Shown here piece by piece: positions 51,644-63,800 of a DNA stretch of 64,000 nucleotides. Source of the stretch: Amphiscolops sp. MND2022 (Eukaryota); assembly GCA_964187785.1 (NCBI GenBank), contig OZ076409.1, forward strand, positions 35,218,001-35,282,000, read 5' to 3'. The translations under genes were made by a program, and so were the position numbers. Every line of letters begins with the position of its first letter. Position 1 is the stretch's first letter. The notes under the pieces are model-generated. The model was not told where the DNA came from. It ran no database searches and saw only the letters and a program-made list of their open reading frames with translations.

Positions 51644-53090
51644 TAATTACATGAAACAGATATAACCGGCACGAGTTGAAGCTGTGATCAGATCAATGGC
51701 TGCTTTTTTATTTTTTAAAAGGATTTTTCAATATTATATAGGAAAAATCTATGAATGGTCATACGAAGGATATACCCGGAAAAAGTTTGAAGTATAGGAT
51801 GCATCCAGAAAAATTTCTTGGAAACAAATTGTATAGTATGAAACTCAGATATGTATTTCAGTTTTTCTACCGACAGAATATTTCCAAAAAACCGCGCTCA
51901 ACAGTAGCTGGAAACGACAAAATCCCCAAAATAGTATGAAAACACTGGATTTGCATCATCAGGTGCTTGCTATTTCATTATTTTTCATGAATGGGTGTTA
52001 TCCTAAGGACATGCGTTTTTATAAGTTTTTATGAAAGAAACCATTAAAAATTTATAATTATATGATCCTATGCTTTGCTTTTTCTTTCAATTTTTCTTTA
52101 CGGACACGCCCCCTCTGTACTATGGGCACAAACAAGCTTTTAAAAACTAACTTGTGGTTTCAATACGCGCGGTCCTTTTATCTATCCTCCACTTGTTAAT
52201 AAAAATATAAAAAGAGTAATTATATGATCCTATGAACGTTTTTTCATAGGATTCTACTTACTCTTCACCACTGAGTGTGATATTAAAATTTAAAATAAGT
52301 AATTGTGCCCAAAAGCTAATGAAAAAAAGTTAAAAATGAAACCAGAAACTTCTGAACACAGATCTTTGTGTAATAGATCATTTTTGCATATTTATACATC
52401 TTGTTGACAGAACATGACTTGGACTCCACGCTAATTTTGCATTGCAACAACAGGCAAAATCTGCGGTCAAGTGATATTGATCACTAACTGTTATTCTTTC
52501 AACACTTTGTTTACAATCAGCATTAGGCTATCATTTGCGCCATTTATAACATTTCGAAATTTAAACATCCGGCTTTCAACATCGCTAAATATGAGTCGAG
52601 AAAGCAGAAATAAATTTAGCTTATTTTATGACACATTTTATGTCCCCACTGTTTATCAGGTTTGTTTATCAGGTTAATGGCTTTCATATTGGCGACACGG
52701 AGGGTGCTTGTATGAGGAATGCAAAGCCAACAGATCCCGTGGAAAATAAGAGCGCAATTCAAGGGTTAAAGTAAATTGATTCCTAAAATTCAGCCGAATA
52801 TATTATGGCTGGACATCAGCAGAGGTTGATTTTAACTTACTGAATATTACGCGGAAGCTTCTTCACTAGAGCTCGAAAATTGTGAAAAGATTGCTTGAAA
52901 GTTCTCGACTATTCAAATTTGAAAAAAATCATTCCAAGAATCTATATTTCCTCATATGGATCTCTTCCATTTCAATGCGGTGATTGGAGTTCAAAAATGG
53001 GAATTATAAAGCGTGTTTCTTATTTTCATAGAAAAAGAGATCAAAATCCAATATAAAAATCAGAATATCAAAAATATCAACTTGACTAAC

Positions 53091-53184
53091 CTTTAGCAGA
53101 AAGCAGTGGTAACCAAAACATAACAGTGACTAAGGCCAGCATCCTTGAATTCGATCTCACTTCACAACTTTTCCCAGTGTGCAT
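53091..53184 (-). CDS. Ig-CAM exon 1 (start codon and signal peptide)
   Basis: MHTGKSCEVRSNSRMLALVTVMFWLPLLSAK; alternative ATG at 53142; donor G|gttagt, phase 1, matches the next exon. Confidence 0.7.
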
Positions 53185-53377
53185 CCGTTTTGTGTTGACA
53201 GACAAATGTCCTTGTTTGATAAATCATACGCTGTATAAACATTCAATATCCAAGGTCATTTCGGAGGCCTTTCTGCCATTACCAATCTGCAATCAAGTTG
53301 AAATTGAGTAGTAAAAGATTGTTCAAAACTTGCTCAAAAAGTTGGATTCTGTAAAAGGAGCTGTACATGTTTTATTC

Positions 53378-54172
53378 ATCCAGTTCTCTTGAAAAAATAT
53401 GATAAAACCGTACGCGACGGGCTTTCCAAAGTGTGTAACGTGAACTTCGACGTTATTTCGAATACTCAGCTGGCTCTCCCCGCTGAGATGGGTGGTCTTG
53501 GGGTTTCATCCGCATCATTATTAGCACTTCCCGCCTTTCTAACCTCTGCTTTTGGTGCGAGTGACTTTCTCACGATTTTCTCGGAAACATTCGAAGATGT
53601 TTCGTTTACAAAAGCGCTTGAGAAACGGTTGAGTTTGACGAATGAACAGGAAAGTCCTTTCGATGGAACTCAGAAAAAGATAGAATGGATGACAAACGTT
53701 CGAAAGTTTTTAACGCACATCAAGGCAAATTCGGGTCTCAATGGCTGAACGTCGTTCCTTGTAAGAACCTAGGCCTGAAACTTGATGATCAGCCAGCAGC
53801 TTCGGATTTCAATTGGTTTGCGTCTCGGAGCCAACATCTGTGTTGCGCATACGTGTCACTGTGGTAAAAGAGTCGAACTGGACGGTTTACACGGTCTTTC
53901 TTGCACCAAGAGTAATGGTTGCTTCTCACGTCATGCTACTCTCAATTCTCTCATAAAGCAGACGTTGGGATCTCTCGACTTGCCTTCAATGCTCGAATCT
54001 CGTGGACTGTACCGAACTGATGGCAAACGCCCAGACGGTGTACTATGATTCCTTGGGAAATGGGTAAACAGCTGGCGTGGGATGTCACGTTGTGGATGCT
54101 CTGGCACCCAGTCGCCTGAATCAAGGCTCTTTATGCAACTCGGGAACACCCGCCACCGAGGCTGAAGCGCGT
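53378..54172 (+). mobile_element. 3' fragment of a CRE-like non-LTR retrotransposon (restriction-like endonuclease), pseudogene
   Basis: LP..MGGLG, WLNVVP, CHCG..D..HGLSC, RH..LN, KRPDG, IPW..GK.LAWDVT motifs across frameshifts. Confidence 0.85.
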
Positions 54173-54697
54173 AATTTTTTCCCTCTATCAGATATCATGG
54201 ATCCTCGTCATCAATCAAGTGCCATGTGTATCATCTTGTTGGGGGAGAAGACACAGACCCGTGGTCTGCAACGAATGTAGGGAACCCCATACTAGCCACT
54301 ATCCCAGTAGACCAGTAACAAAAAAAAACAAACCAACAAACTACTCATACCAGCCACTATCCCAGTCGACTGGTAGAAATTTTTAAAGCTGCAATGATAG
54401 ACGTTTTTTTAAAAACAAAACTAGATGCAATGACATTCTTTGAACGCATCTCTGTCGCTCACTTGATGATCAGCCAGCAGCTTCGGATTTCAATTGGTTT
54501 GCGTCTCGGAGTCAACATCTGTGTTGCGCATACGTGCCGAACTGATGGCAAACACCCAGACGGTGTACCATGATTCCTTGGGAAATGGGTAAACAGCTGG
54601 CGTGGGATGTCACGTTGTGGATGCTCTGGCACCCAGTCGCCTGAATCAAGGCTCTTTATGCAACTCGGGAACCCTCGCCACCGAGGCTGAAGCGCGT
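54173..54697 (+). repeat. Local tandem duplication: truncated long-TIR MITE plus a second, internally deleted CRE fragment
   Basis: 54461-54697 repeats 53780-54172 with a deletion; 54173-54460 repeats 54698-54977. Confidence 0.85.
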
Positions 54698-54710
54698 AAT
54701 TTTTTTCTTC

Positions 54711-55265
54711 TATCAGATATCATGGATCCTCGTCATCAATCAAGTGCCATGTGTATCATCTTGTTGGGGGAGAAGACACACACCCGTGGTCTACAACGAA
54801 TGTAGGGAACCCCATACTAGCCACTATCCCAGTAACAAAAAAACAAACCAACAAACTACTCATACCAGCCACTATCCCAGTCGACTGGTAGAAATTTTTA
54901 AAGCTGCAATGATAGACGTTTTTTTAAAAACAAAACTATATGCAATGAATTTCTTTGAACGCATCTCTGTCGCTCACTGTGAACGACAGAGTTGCGTTCG
55001 AAGAAATTTATTACACATAGCTATTTTTTTTTCAACCTCTATTACTACTATATCATTGCAGTTTTTTTTAAAAAAATCTACCGGTCGACTGGGAGTGGCT
55101 GGTATGAGTAGTCTGTTGGTTGTTTTTTTTTGTTACTGGTCTACTGGGATAGTGGCTGGTATGGGGTTCCTTACTTTCGTTGCAGACCACGGGTGTGTGT
55201 CTTCTCCCCCAACATGATGATACACATGACACTTGATTGATGACGAAGATCCATGATATCTGATA
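54711..55265. mobile_element. Foldback/MITE with ~190-bp terminal inverted repeats
   Basis: tatcagatatcatggatc... mirrored by ...gatccatgatatctgata; related copy at about 57050-57495. Confidence 0.85.
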
Positions 55266-55538
55266 ATTGAGTAAAATAAGGAGCTGTATCTTTTGAATAT
55301 AGAAGAATACGGCAAAGTTCATAATTTCCAGAGGATATTATCAAGGCTAAGTTTTAACCCCAGTAACAAAAACTATGGTTTGTAATTCTCAGGTAGCGTG
55401 GACCCGAGTACTCTGCAAAAGTATAATTCAATTTTCACGAGTACCCTCAAGAGATCACGCGAAAAACCCAAGGTATATGATTTAGACCATATTTGCATTA
55501 ACTAGCATTAGCCCCAGTCACAAGCGGTCGTCTGCAGG

Positions 55539-56794
55539 CAGGGATGTTCAACAATTAATTGCAATTAATTGGTCTGAAGAAAAAACTACAAATGAATCAT
55601 TGCAAAAAATCGACTTTTCCGATGAATAATTGCAATTATTGCAATGATTGGGAAAACAAAAAACCCGCAGAAAAATCAATTCAAATCAATTTTCCTTGTT
55701 CAAAACCTTAGAAACTGTATGTATGTTCCACAATTTAGAATTAGCGTTGGGAAAAAGCTGTTGCTCCAAAAGTTCAGGCGTCAAACGCTGTCTCAAATTA
55801 GTCAAAGCCAAGCCAGCAACGCTGAAAAATCTCTCCAGCAGATTAGATGTCGGCAGTAAACAGTGCAAATCAAAATTATCCGACGATGTTGTCACTTTAG
55901 CTCTCATTTTGAGTATCATCGAAGCAAAATCGTCATCATCAGAGTGAGTCTTAATCTCGGGCTCGCCTTCAATTTTCTTCAGCCTTGCACAAGCTATCTT
56001 TTCACACAAAGCTGAATTATTCTTTTTTTACAACAGTATTTTTACAACACCTGATTCGAAATGTCTGCTTTTGATGACACGCGCATTAGAACCAAGGTAT
56101 TTGTTCTCCTTATCTATATTTTTGAATTTTCGACAGGTTTCATCAAAGAGCGCACGAACAGATGACAAGTCAAAATTTTCTCGCTGCAAGGCTTTCGTCA
56201 CAGATCGATGCACGGTCATGTCTTTAACAAGCTCGTCGATTGCCGCATTTTCAACGGGTGACATCAAATACAATAGGATGTTGTTATCGTCACTGAAATG
56301 TTCAACCAAAACTGGCTTAAATTCAATATACCGGTTTAGCATATCTGCCATGCTAGAACATCGGGTAACACAGTAACTAACAGGTTTCAAGTGCGTATGC
56401 TGTCTAAGTTTGACTGAAAGCTTGAGAGTCCGCAACATAAGGCCAAGTGACGGATCCAATAAAGTAGGCTGTCCATTCTCTGGATTTTCCTAAAATTGTT
56501 TAGATGCATGGGTGTTGAGATATTATATGCATACGCAAGTTGGTCCACCCAGAACCCTCCTGTCTCTTCAATATTTTCCCGCATTGACATTTCCACAAGC
56601 CCTTCCCTGCATCAGACATTTTCTGGAAAAATTTGAGGCAAACTTCCCCAGTTATTCGTTTTGACATGACGACCTGAAAAATTGGCAATAATTGGTAACC
56701 TGCCAATGATTATTGCCGAAAATTTTTACCAATCAATCATTGTTACCCAATTATTGCAAGCATTGCAATTTCAGTTATAGATTGAACATCCCTG
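55539..56794 (-). mobile_element. Internally deleted hAT transposon with transposase pseudogene
   Basis: 13-bp TIR cagggatgttcaa; perfect 8-bp TSD tctgcagg; BED-like WKCQCG..GWTNL..HI..QHP; C-terminal PTSNLLERFFS...RQRLTPE. Confidence 0.92.
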
Positions 56795-57049
56795 TCTGCA
56801 GGGGTGTAAAAATGGGTTTCATTCAATCGCAATAATGACATTTTCACTGCAACGTGGGTTCGTGGGTTCTATAGAAATCTGTAGAAAATTGTTTCATGAA
56901 ACTATTTTCTTGATTATCAGATTGCTTATTGCAAAATCAAACAACTTGGGATCCAACGCCTGAGATCTGAAAATTTAGACACTTACCAGAAATCTTACGG
57001 AAGTTTGCAAAAACTTAGGAAGAACTCAGAAGGCATGATTTGAAACAAG

Positions 57050-57495
57050 TTTTTTTCCTCTATCAGATATCATGGATCTTCGTCATCAATCAAGTGTCAT
57101 GTGTATCATCACGTTGGGGGGAAGACAAATTTCACTGCTCTCGCCTAAAGAACCCTCTACTTCTAAGGCCACCGGATGAAAAACCTATCCATTGTCTATT
57201 AATTCGCGATACTTCTCAATTTTACGCGCTTTTCAATGGCTCTTCAGATCGGCAATGCGGCCTGTGTTCTAGGAACTGTGAGCGACAGAGATGCGTTCGA
57301 AGAAATTTTTTTAATATATCCTATTTTTTTTACTTTTATATCATAGCAGCTTTGAAAAAATTTCTACCTGTCGACTGCATAGTGGCTGGTTTGAGTAGTA
57401 TGTTGGTTCTTTTTTTGTTACTGGTCTACTGGTATAGTGGCTGGTATGGGGTTCCCTACTTTCATTGCAGACCACAGGTGTGTGTCTTCTCCGTT
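57050..57495. mobile_element. Damaged copy of the long-TIR MITE
   Basis: Shares both TIR segments, in part, with 54711..55265. Confidence 0.75.
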
Positions 57496-57924
57496 GACCG
57501 GGAATAAGACCTAAGGAATAAGTCCTAAAATATCAAAAGGAATAAAACCTAAAGGAATAAGACCTAAAACTCAAATGATGATGACTTCTTTTACTGCCTA
57601 CTGTGGGCATTTTAGTGTGCATAGAGGGGTTACCAGTCACTTGGCTTAATACCATTTGGCTTAAAATTTCGTCGAGTCATTTGGCTTAAAAATTTTAAGC
57701 CAAGTGACCACAAAATTAAGCCAAAACCATTCCAACTCACGGAATAAATACGTCAACTCACGAAAATATCAATGTGGGGTATATGCGGTGTATGCACGCT
57801 CGCCCTCACCGTCGCAAAAACCAGCTCCCACTAAGATCGCTTCGCGATCTCCGTTCCCGCTAGGTCTTTGCTCCTGTTCGACCTCGCTTTGCAAGATGGG
57901 AATATAAGCGGCCCCAAGGGGCCG

Positions 57925-58734
57925 CAGGGCACTAGAGGAAATGGGGACATATCAGAGGGAATGCAGGTCATTTCGCCTAATGCCATTTCGCCTAAAAATT
58001 TAGTTGAGTCATTTCGCCTAGGAAAATTAGGCGAAATGGCCAAACGGGAATAACGTCTAAATAATCATGTTTCGAAAAAGGCTTTCTGAAAGCAAAAATA
58101 TCAAAATGTGGGGCATATGCGGTGTATGCACACTCGCCCTCACCGTCGCAAAGACCAGCTCCCACTACGATCGCTTCGCGATCTCCGTTCCCGCTAGGTC
58201 TTTGCTCCTGTTCGACCTCGCTTAGCAAGATGGAACATAAGCGGAACATAAGCGGAACATAAGCGAAGTTTTCTATTTGTTTTCCACTATTTGTTTTCCA
58301 ATTTCATGTGTTTTTCACGTTTCTGAAAAAAAATTAGGCGAAGTGACCAAAGTAAAAGACGTTTCGCCTAAAAAAATTAGGCGAAGTGACCAAACACGTT
58401 AGGCGAAATGACTTTAGGCGAAATGGCATTAGGCGAAATGACCATTTCCCATCAGAGGGGTGCTTGATATGACATGTTACCATAAGACGCTGACTACGTT
58501 ATTTTAAAAAATTCGACAAAATCTGCCACGTATTTTCAGCTAAGTGATTTTAAGCCAATACCCGAGACAATTGGCTTAAGAAAATTGGGTGGGCGGAAGT
58601 AGGTCGAAGGAACGGGATCGAAAATCAGAGTCAGTCCTCGGGTCGACATACCAAATTTTTGAATGGGATCGAAACAACTCGGATCGAAATTTTTATAACG
58701 TAGTCAGATATGTTCACATACCACTAGTGCCCTG
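57925..58734. mobile_element. hAT-like MITE (310-bp core) interrupted by a ~500-bp MITE
   Basis: TIR cagggcactag / ctagtgccctg; uninterrupted copy at 60253..60562. Confidence 0.7.
57957..58450. mobile_element. Inner MITE (catttcgcctaa-repeat TIRs)
   Basis: ggtcatttcgcctaatgcc mirrored at 58426-58444; direct repeat atcaga(ggg) on both sides; empty site visible at ~60279. Confidence 0.85.
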
Positions 58735-59024
58735 AATGCAGGAGCGAAGCGAGGCGGAGCGACGTGCCATATGGCCATACCTCAATGTTGCTACTTGGCG
58801 AAGGGAGCGAAGCGACCGAGCCATACAACAAATACGATAAAATTCGACCGCATTCCATTCAATCCCTGCCATTCGATCAAAAGGTTCGACCTCTGTCCTT
58901 TCGACCAGAAAAATTTGACCTATTTACAGCCACCCAAAAAAATTAGGCCAAGTGACCAATTGTATTAGGCCAAATGACTTTAAGCCAAATGGCATTAAGC
59001 CAAGTGACCATTTGTCCATAGAGG

Positions 59025-60252
59025 TACTCTGGCTTTGTTCTGACCACTCTATAGTTTCTCTGATGCGCATTCTTCGGAGCGCTTGTTCTTTTTGCAAATT
59101 CCATTCGTCTTTATGATCACCAGCTTTTTCTGTTTGTTTCTTTTATTTCTGTTGCCATAATTTGAGCTTCAGGTTTCTTATAATCTTCTTGCGAATTGTT
59201 GTTAATTCTTAGTTCCTCGAACAGTTCAAAAGGTCTACTGTAATGTCTGCAGGAATCGATAAACAATACGTTGTCACAAGAGGGAAAAGCGATCATCCCA
59301 AAGGTGACGTGCGAGCCCTTACCGATTCCACCAGACTTCTCTCAACTAGATGAAGTGCTGTATATGAGTTTATTTTATGAAAACAATACAATGTACCAAT
59401 TTCTATGAAAACAAAGTCTGGTAGAATCGCCCCTATGCCGATGCAAGGAAGATATTTAGACTGCAGAGCACATTTTGTGTGATTGTCCAATGGTGGAAGA
59501 AGATGTGAAGCGTCAACTAGATGATTTCGACTGGAAGAACCTGGGTTACGGGCGTACCACAGAATTTAAGAGTACTTTGCTATAAGACTTCTGTCGTATG
59601 TGTAAAAGTTCGAGCTAAGGTAGACTAATCGACTCAGGTTACTTTTTTGCTCCTCCATTAGACTGTGTTCGATTTCAAAAAAATACTCCGGGCGTTCGGT
59701 TCTTTTCCACTCCAGGAAGCGAACCACGTCTTTCAAATCTTTTGCGATTGCTGATCCTGGACAGCCACTCAATTTTTTTGTTATGTAGTCCATGTAGCCG
59801 TCGTTTTTGGAAACCCCGCTCAGTTGAAATGTTTTCAGGTAGTGTTTAATAGAGTTCATCTTGTTCCAAATCGACAGCGGTGGAAGACCTGTAATAACCT
59901 CTGCAATGGATTGGTTTACATTGTAAATTGCCCCAATGGATCGCTTCAACATTTCGTACCAGATACCATTTATCGACCGAATGTTCTTGGATGTCATCCA
60001 CACTATACCCCCATAGAGAAGAATCGGAAGACACGTAGCTTTAATGAGTTTTCCTTTGACTTGGTGATTGAGACCATTGGTCCTGTTCGTTAATCTGGGA
60101 ATCATCTTCCATCCGTTGCACGCTTTCTTCGCCATTTTCCCGCTGTGATCTTCGAACGAGAGTTTATTGTCGATGCAGACTCCCAATACTTTCGTTGCTG
60201 AGGTAAATTGTATACTACTGCTCCCAAGAGGTATGGGATTCAACGATTGTTG
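59025..60252 (-). pseudogene. Duplicated 3' part of the LINE
   Basis: KVLGVCIDNKLSF..H and PILLYG..VW post-RT motifs. Confidence 0.85.
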
Positions 60253-60851
60253 CAGGGCACTAGAGGAAATGGGGACATATCAGAGGGGTGCTTGATATGA
60301 CATGTTACCATAAGACGCTGACTACGTTATATTAAAAAATTCGACAAAATCTGCCACGTATTTTCAGCTAAGTGATATTAAGCCAATACCCGAGACAATT
60401 GGCTTAAGAAAATTGGGTGGGCGGAAGTAGGTTGAAGGAACGGGATCGAAAATCAGAGTCAGTCCTCTTGTCGACATACCAAATTTTTGAATGGGATCGA
60501 AACAACTCGGATCGAAATTTTTATAACGTAGTCAGATATGTTCACATACCCCTAGTGCCCTGAATGCAGGAGCGAAGCGAGGCGGAGCGACGTGCCATAT
60601 GGCCATGCCTCAATGTTGCTACTTGGCGAAGAGAGCGAAGCGACCGAGCCATACAACAAATACGATAAAATTCGACCGCATTCCATTCGATCCCTGCCAT
60701 TCGATCAAAAGGTTCGACCTCTGTCCTTTCGACCAGAAAAATTCGACTTATTTACAGCCACCCAAAAAAAATTAGGCCAAGTGACCAATTGTATTAAGCC
60801 AAATGACTTTAAGCCAAATGGCATTAAGCCAAGTGACCATTAGTCCATAGA

Positions 60852-63800
60852 GGTACTCTGGCTTTGTTCTGACCACTCTATAGTTTCTCTGATGCGTATT
60901 CTTCGGAGCGCTTGTTCTTTTTGCAAATTCCATTCGTCTTTATGATCACCAGCTATTTCTGTTTGTTTCTTTTATTTCTGTTGCCATAAATTGAGCTTCG
61001 GGTTTCTTATAATCTTCTTGCGAATTGTTGCTAATTCTTGGTTCCTCGAACAGTTCAAAAGGTCTACTGTAATGTCTGCAGGAATCGATAAACAATACGT
61101 TGTCGCAAGAGGGAAAAGCGATCATCCCAAAGGTGACGTGCGAGCTCTTACCGATTCCACCGGACTTCTCTCAACTAGATGAAGTGCTGTATATGAGTTT
61201 ATTTTATGAAAACAATACAATGTACCAATTTCTATGAAAACAAAAGTCTGGTAGAATCGCCCCTATGCCGATGCAAGGAAGATATTTAGACTGCAGAGCA
61301 CATTTTGTGTTATTGTCCAATGGTGGAAGAAGATGTGAAGCGTCAACTAGATGATTTCGACTGGAAGAACCTGGGTTACGGGCGTGCCACAGAATTTAAG
61401 AGTACTTTGCTATAAGACTTCTGTCGTATGAGTAAAAATTTGAGCTAAGGTAGACTAAGCGACTCAGGTTACTTTTTTGCTCCTCCATTAGACTGTGTTC
61501 GATTTCAGTAAAATACTCCGGGCGTTCGGTTCTTTTCCACTCCAGGAAGCGAACCACGTCTTTCAAATCTTTTGCGATTGTTGATCCTGGACAGCCACTC
61601 AATTTTTTTGTTATGTAGTCCATGTAGCCATCGTTTTTGGAAACCCCGCTCTCTTGAAATGTTTTCAGGTAGTGTTTAATAGAGTTCATCTTGTTCCAGA
61701 TCGACAGCGGTGGTAGACCTGTAATAACCTCTGCAATGGATTGGTTTACATTGTAAATTGCCCCAATGGATCGCTTCAACATTTCGTACCAGATACCATT
61801 TATCGACCGATTGTTCTTGGTTGTCATCCACACTATACCCCCATAGAGAAGAATCGGAAGACACGTAGCTTTAATGAGTTTTACTTTGACTTGGTGATTG
61901 AGACCATTGGTCCTGTTCGTTAATCTGGGAATCATCTTCCATCCGTTGCACGCTTTTTTCTTCGCCATTTTCCCGCTGTGATCTTCGAAAGAGAGTTTAT
62001 TGTCGATGCAGACTCCCAATACTTTCGTTGCTGAGGTAAATTGTATACTATTGCTCCCAAGAGGTATGGGATTCAACGGTTGTTGTTGTTGTTTTGTCGC
62101 CGGCGAAAAATGAATGAGTTCTGATTTGTCCTTCTGACAGTTTACCACCATTCTCCACCGTTTCGTCCATATATCAATAGTTTTCATCACACTTTTCTTT
62201 TCTGACATTGGCTCTTCCATTTTGTTTTCCGAAACTTTGACTGTTCCGTCGTCAGCGAATATGTATATGGCTATGTTATTCCGATAATCAAAACGTTCCT
62301 CAAAAACATGTAAGAAGAACTTGAAGAGAATTTAGGATATCACTGATCCTTGTGGGAGCCCGTATTCCCCACATTTTTGGTTTGGGCCCTTCATTCCGTT
62401 TACTTGCAGCGGTATCTCCCTATTGTTCATGAAGCCGTCCAAGAGGTTCATAAACTTCCCCGTTACTCCTTTTCCTCACAACTTGTCAGCTAAGCCCTTC
62501 TTCCATACCGAGTGATAGGCCTTCTCGAAGTCAATAAAGAGGCATATCGTCTCTCTTTTGCTTTGTTTCTCGTCCTTTATCTGATTCACTAACCTGTTAA
62601 GATACCGGATTTTGTTTCTGTTCCTGGAAAACCCTTCTTGATATTCGTCCCAGACATTGACTCGATTTAGGTGTTTGGCTAATCGTTCCGTTTATATTTT
62701 CTCAAGCACCTTTGCAATGAAAGAGTTATTGAAATCGGCCGGTTCGCACCGTCACTTGCATATGAGGTTTTATCTTCCTTTCTAAAAAATATTTTTTTTC
62801 GCTGCACGCCATACCCATGAGCCTGTTTCGATGCATCCATTGAATAAATGCGTTAGTGCCTGTATAGCGTTCGCGCCCGACCTCCTCAGCATCGAGGGAT
62901 GGAAACCAGCATTATCGAAGCTTTTTGCGTGGCATTTGTACTTTTGGAGGGCTTGCGAGACTTCCCCGCCCGTTATCGTGTCGTTCAAGTCACTAATAGT
63001 ATCTTCTAAGCCTTTAAAGTCGTTCAACTTCAGGTCCTTGTATCGACTATTGGTTTCAATGAAGAAGTCTTTGTCGAAGTCTTTCTCGTTCTGCTTTATG
63101 TGTTTTGCTTCGAAAAACGTTTCGAGCGTTTCGTGTTCAATTTCTACATTTCCTGACAGTATTTCTTTCCGGTCGTTCCAGAGTGATTCAATTTGATTGC
63201 TTGTAATAGACTTCGTCATACGCTTCAACTGCCTCCAGAAACCCTCTGCTTGCGCTCGGTTGAGTTTGGACGTTTTCTGTGACAAGTGATCTTCTAGAGC
63301 CTTCTTCCTGGTATTCTCAAAAACTTCTTTCCACCTCCTATATTCCTCGAGGTTGTTATCCGTGTTTCTGGTCAGGTGGGATTTTAAAGCTTTCCGCCTT
63401 TTTCTTGAGATAACTGAAAGTTCCTCGGTCCAGTACGGTTTGGAATGAGGAGAAATTCGTTTTGTCTGACAATTTCGGGTAGGTGAGTTTTCAATTACCA
63501 ATCGAAATTTGTCATACAGCTTGTAGCATTCAGCTTCGTTTTTCGGTTCTTCGATACCTTTTGCTAATTGCTCCTCTATTTCTGCCGTCCAATTGAGCCA
63601 ATTCATCGATTGAAGATCCAGTTTCTCGACTACAGGATTTGCCTTTCTGGACTTCCTACCAAGGAGGGTTGCCCATACAGGTACGTGTCCCCTCGTCAGT
63701 GCACCCGTAGCAAGGTTGGCCAGTTTATCGGTGCAAATGTTTGTTATCTTGCCTGTAAGATTGCTAGATATCACCATGAAATCGATTTTACTTCATCGAT

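Larger units (their letters stand above)
2763..53184 (-). other. Multi-exon gene encoding an L1CAM/neuroglian/contactin-like Ig-FN3 cell adhesion protein (3' end incomplete in window)
   Basis: 14 GT-AG exons join with consistent phases into about 769 codons: signal peptide MLALVTVMFWLPLLSA, six Ig-like domains (e.g. SGYYWCSAQNEYG, DGRFVIGSNSDLYI, DSGKYTC, FGSPVPTVRWY), then the FN3 start APDPPMNL. The 6 Ig + FN3 architecture is that of the L1/contactin families. Confidence 0.8.
57628..59016. mobile_element. Outer MITE (Mutator-like TIRs built of catttggcttaa repeats) with nested elements
   Basis: gtcacttggcttaataccatttggcttaaa mirrored by tttaagccaaatggcattaagccaagtgac; flanking direct repeat catagagg. 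Confidence 0.7.
57925..62082. repeat. Tandem segmental duplication (57925-60252 and 60253-62082)
   Basis: Two highly similar ~1.83-kb copies; copy 1 carries the extra MITE; ORFs 59566..60243 and 61396..62220 are near-identical. Confidence 0.92.
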
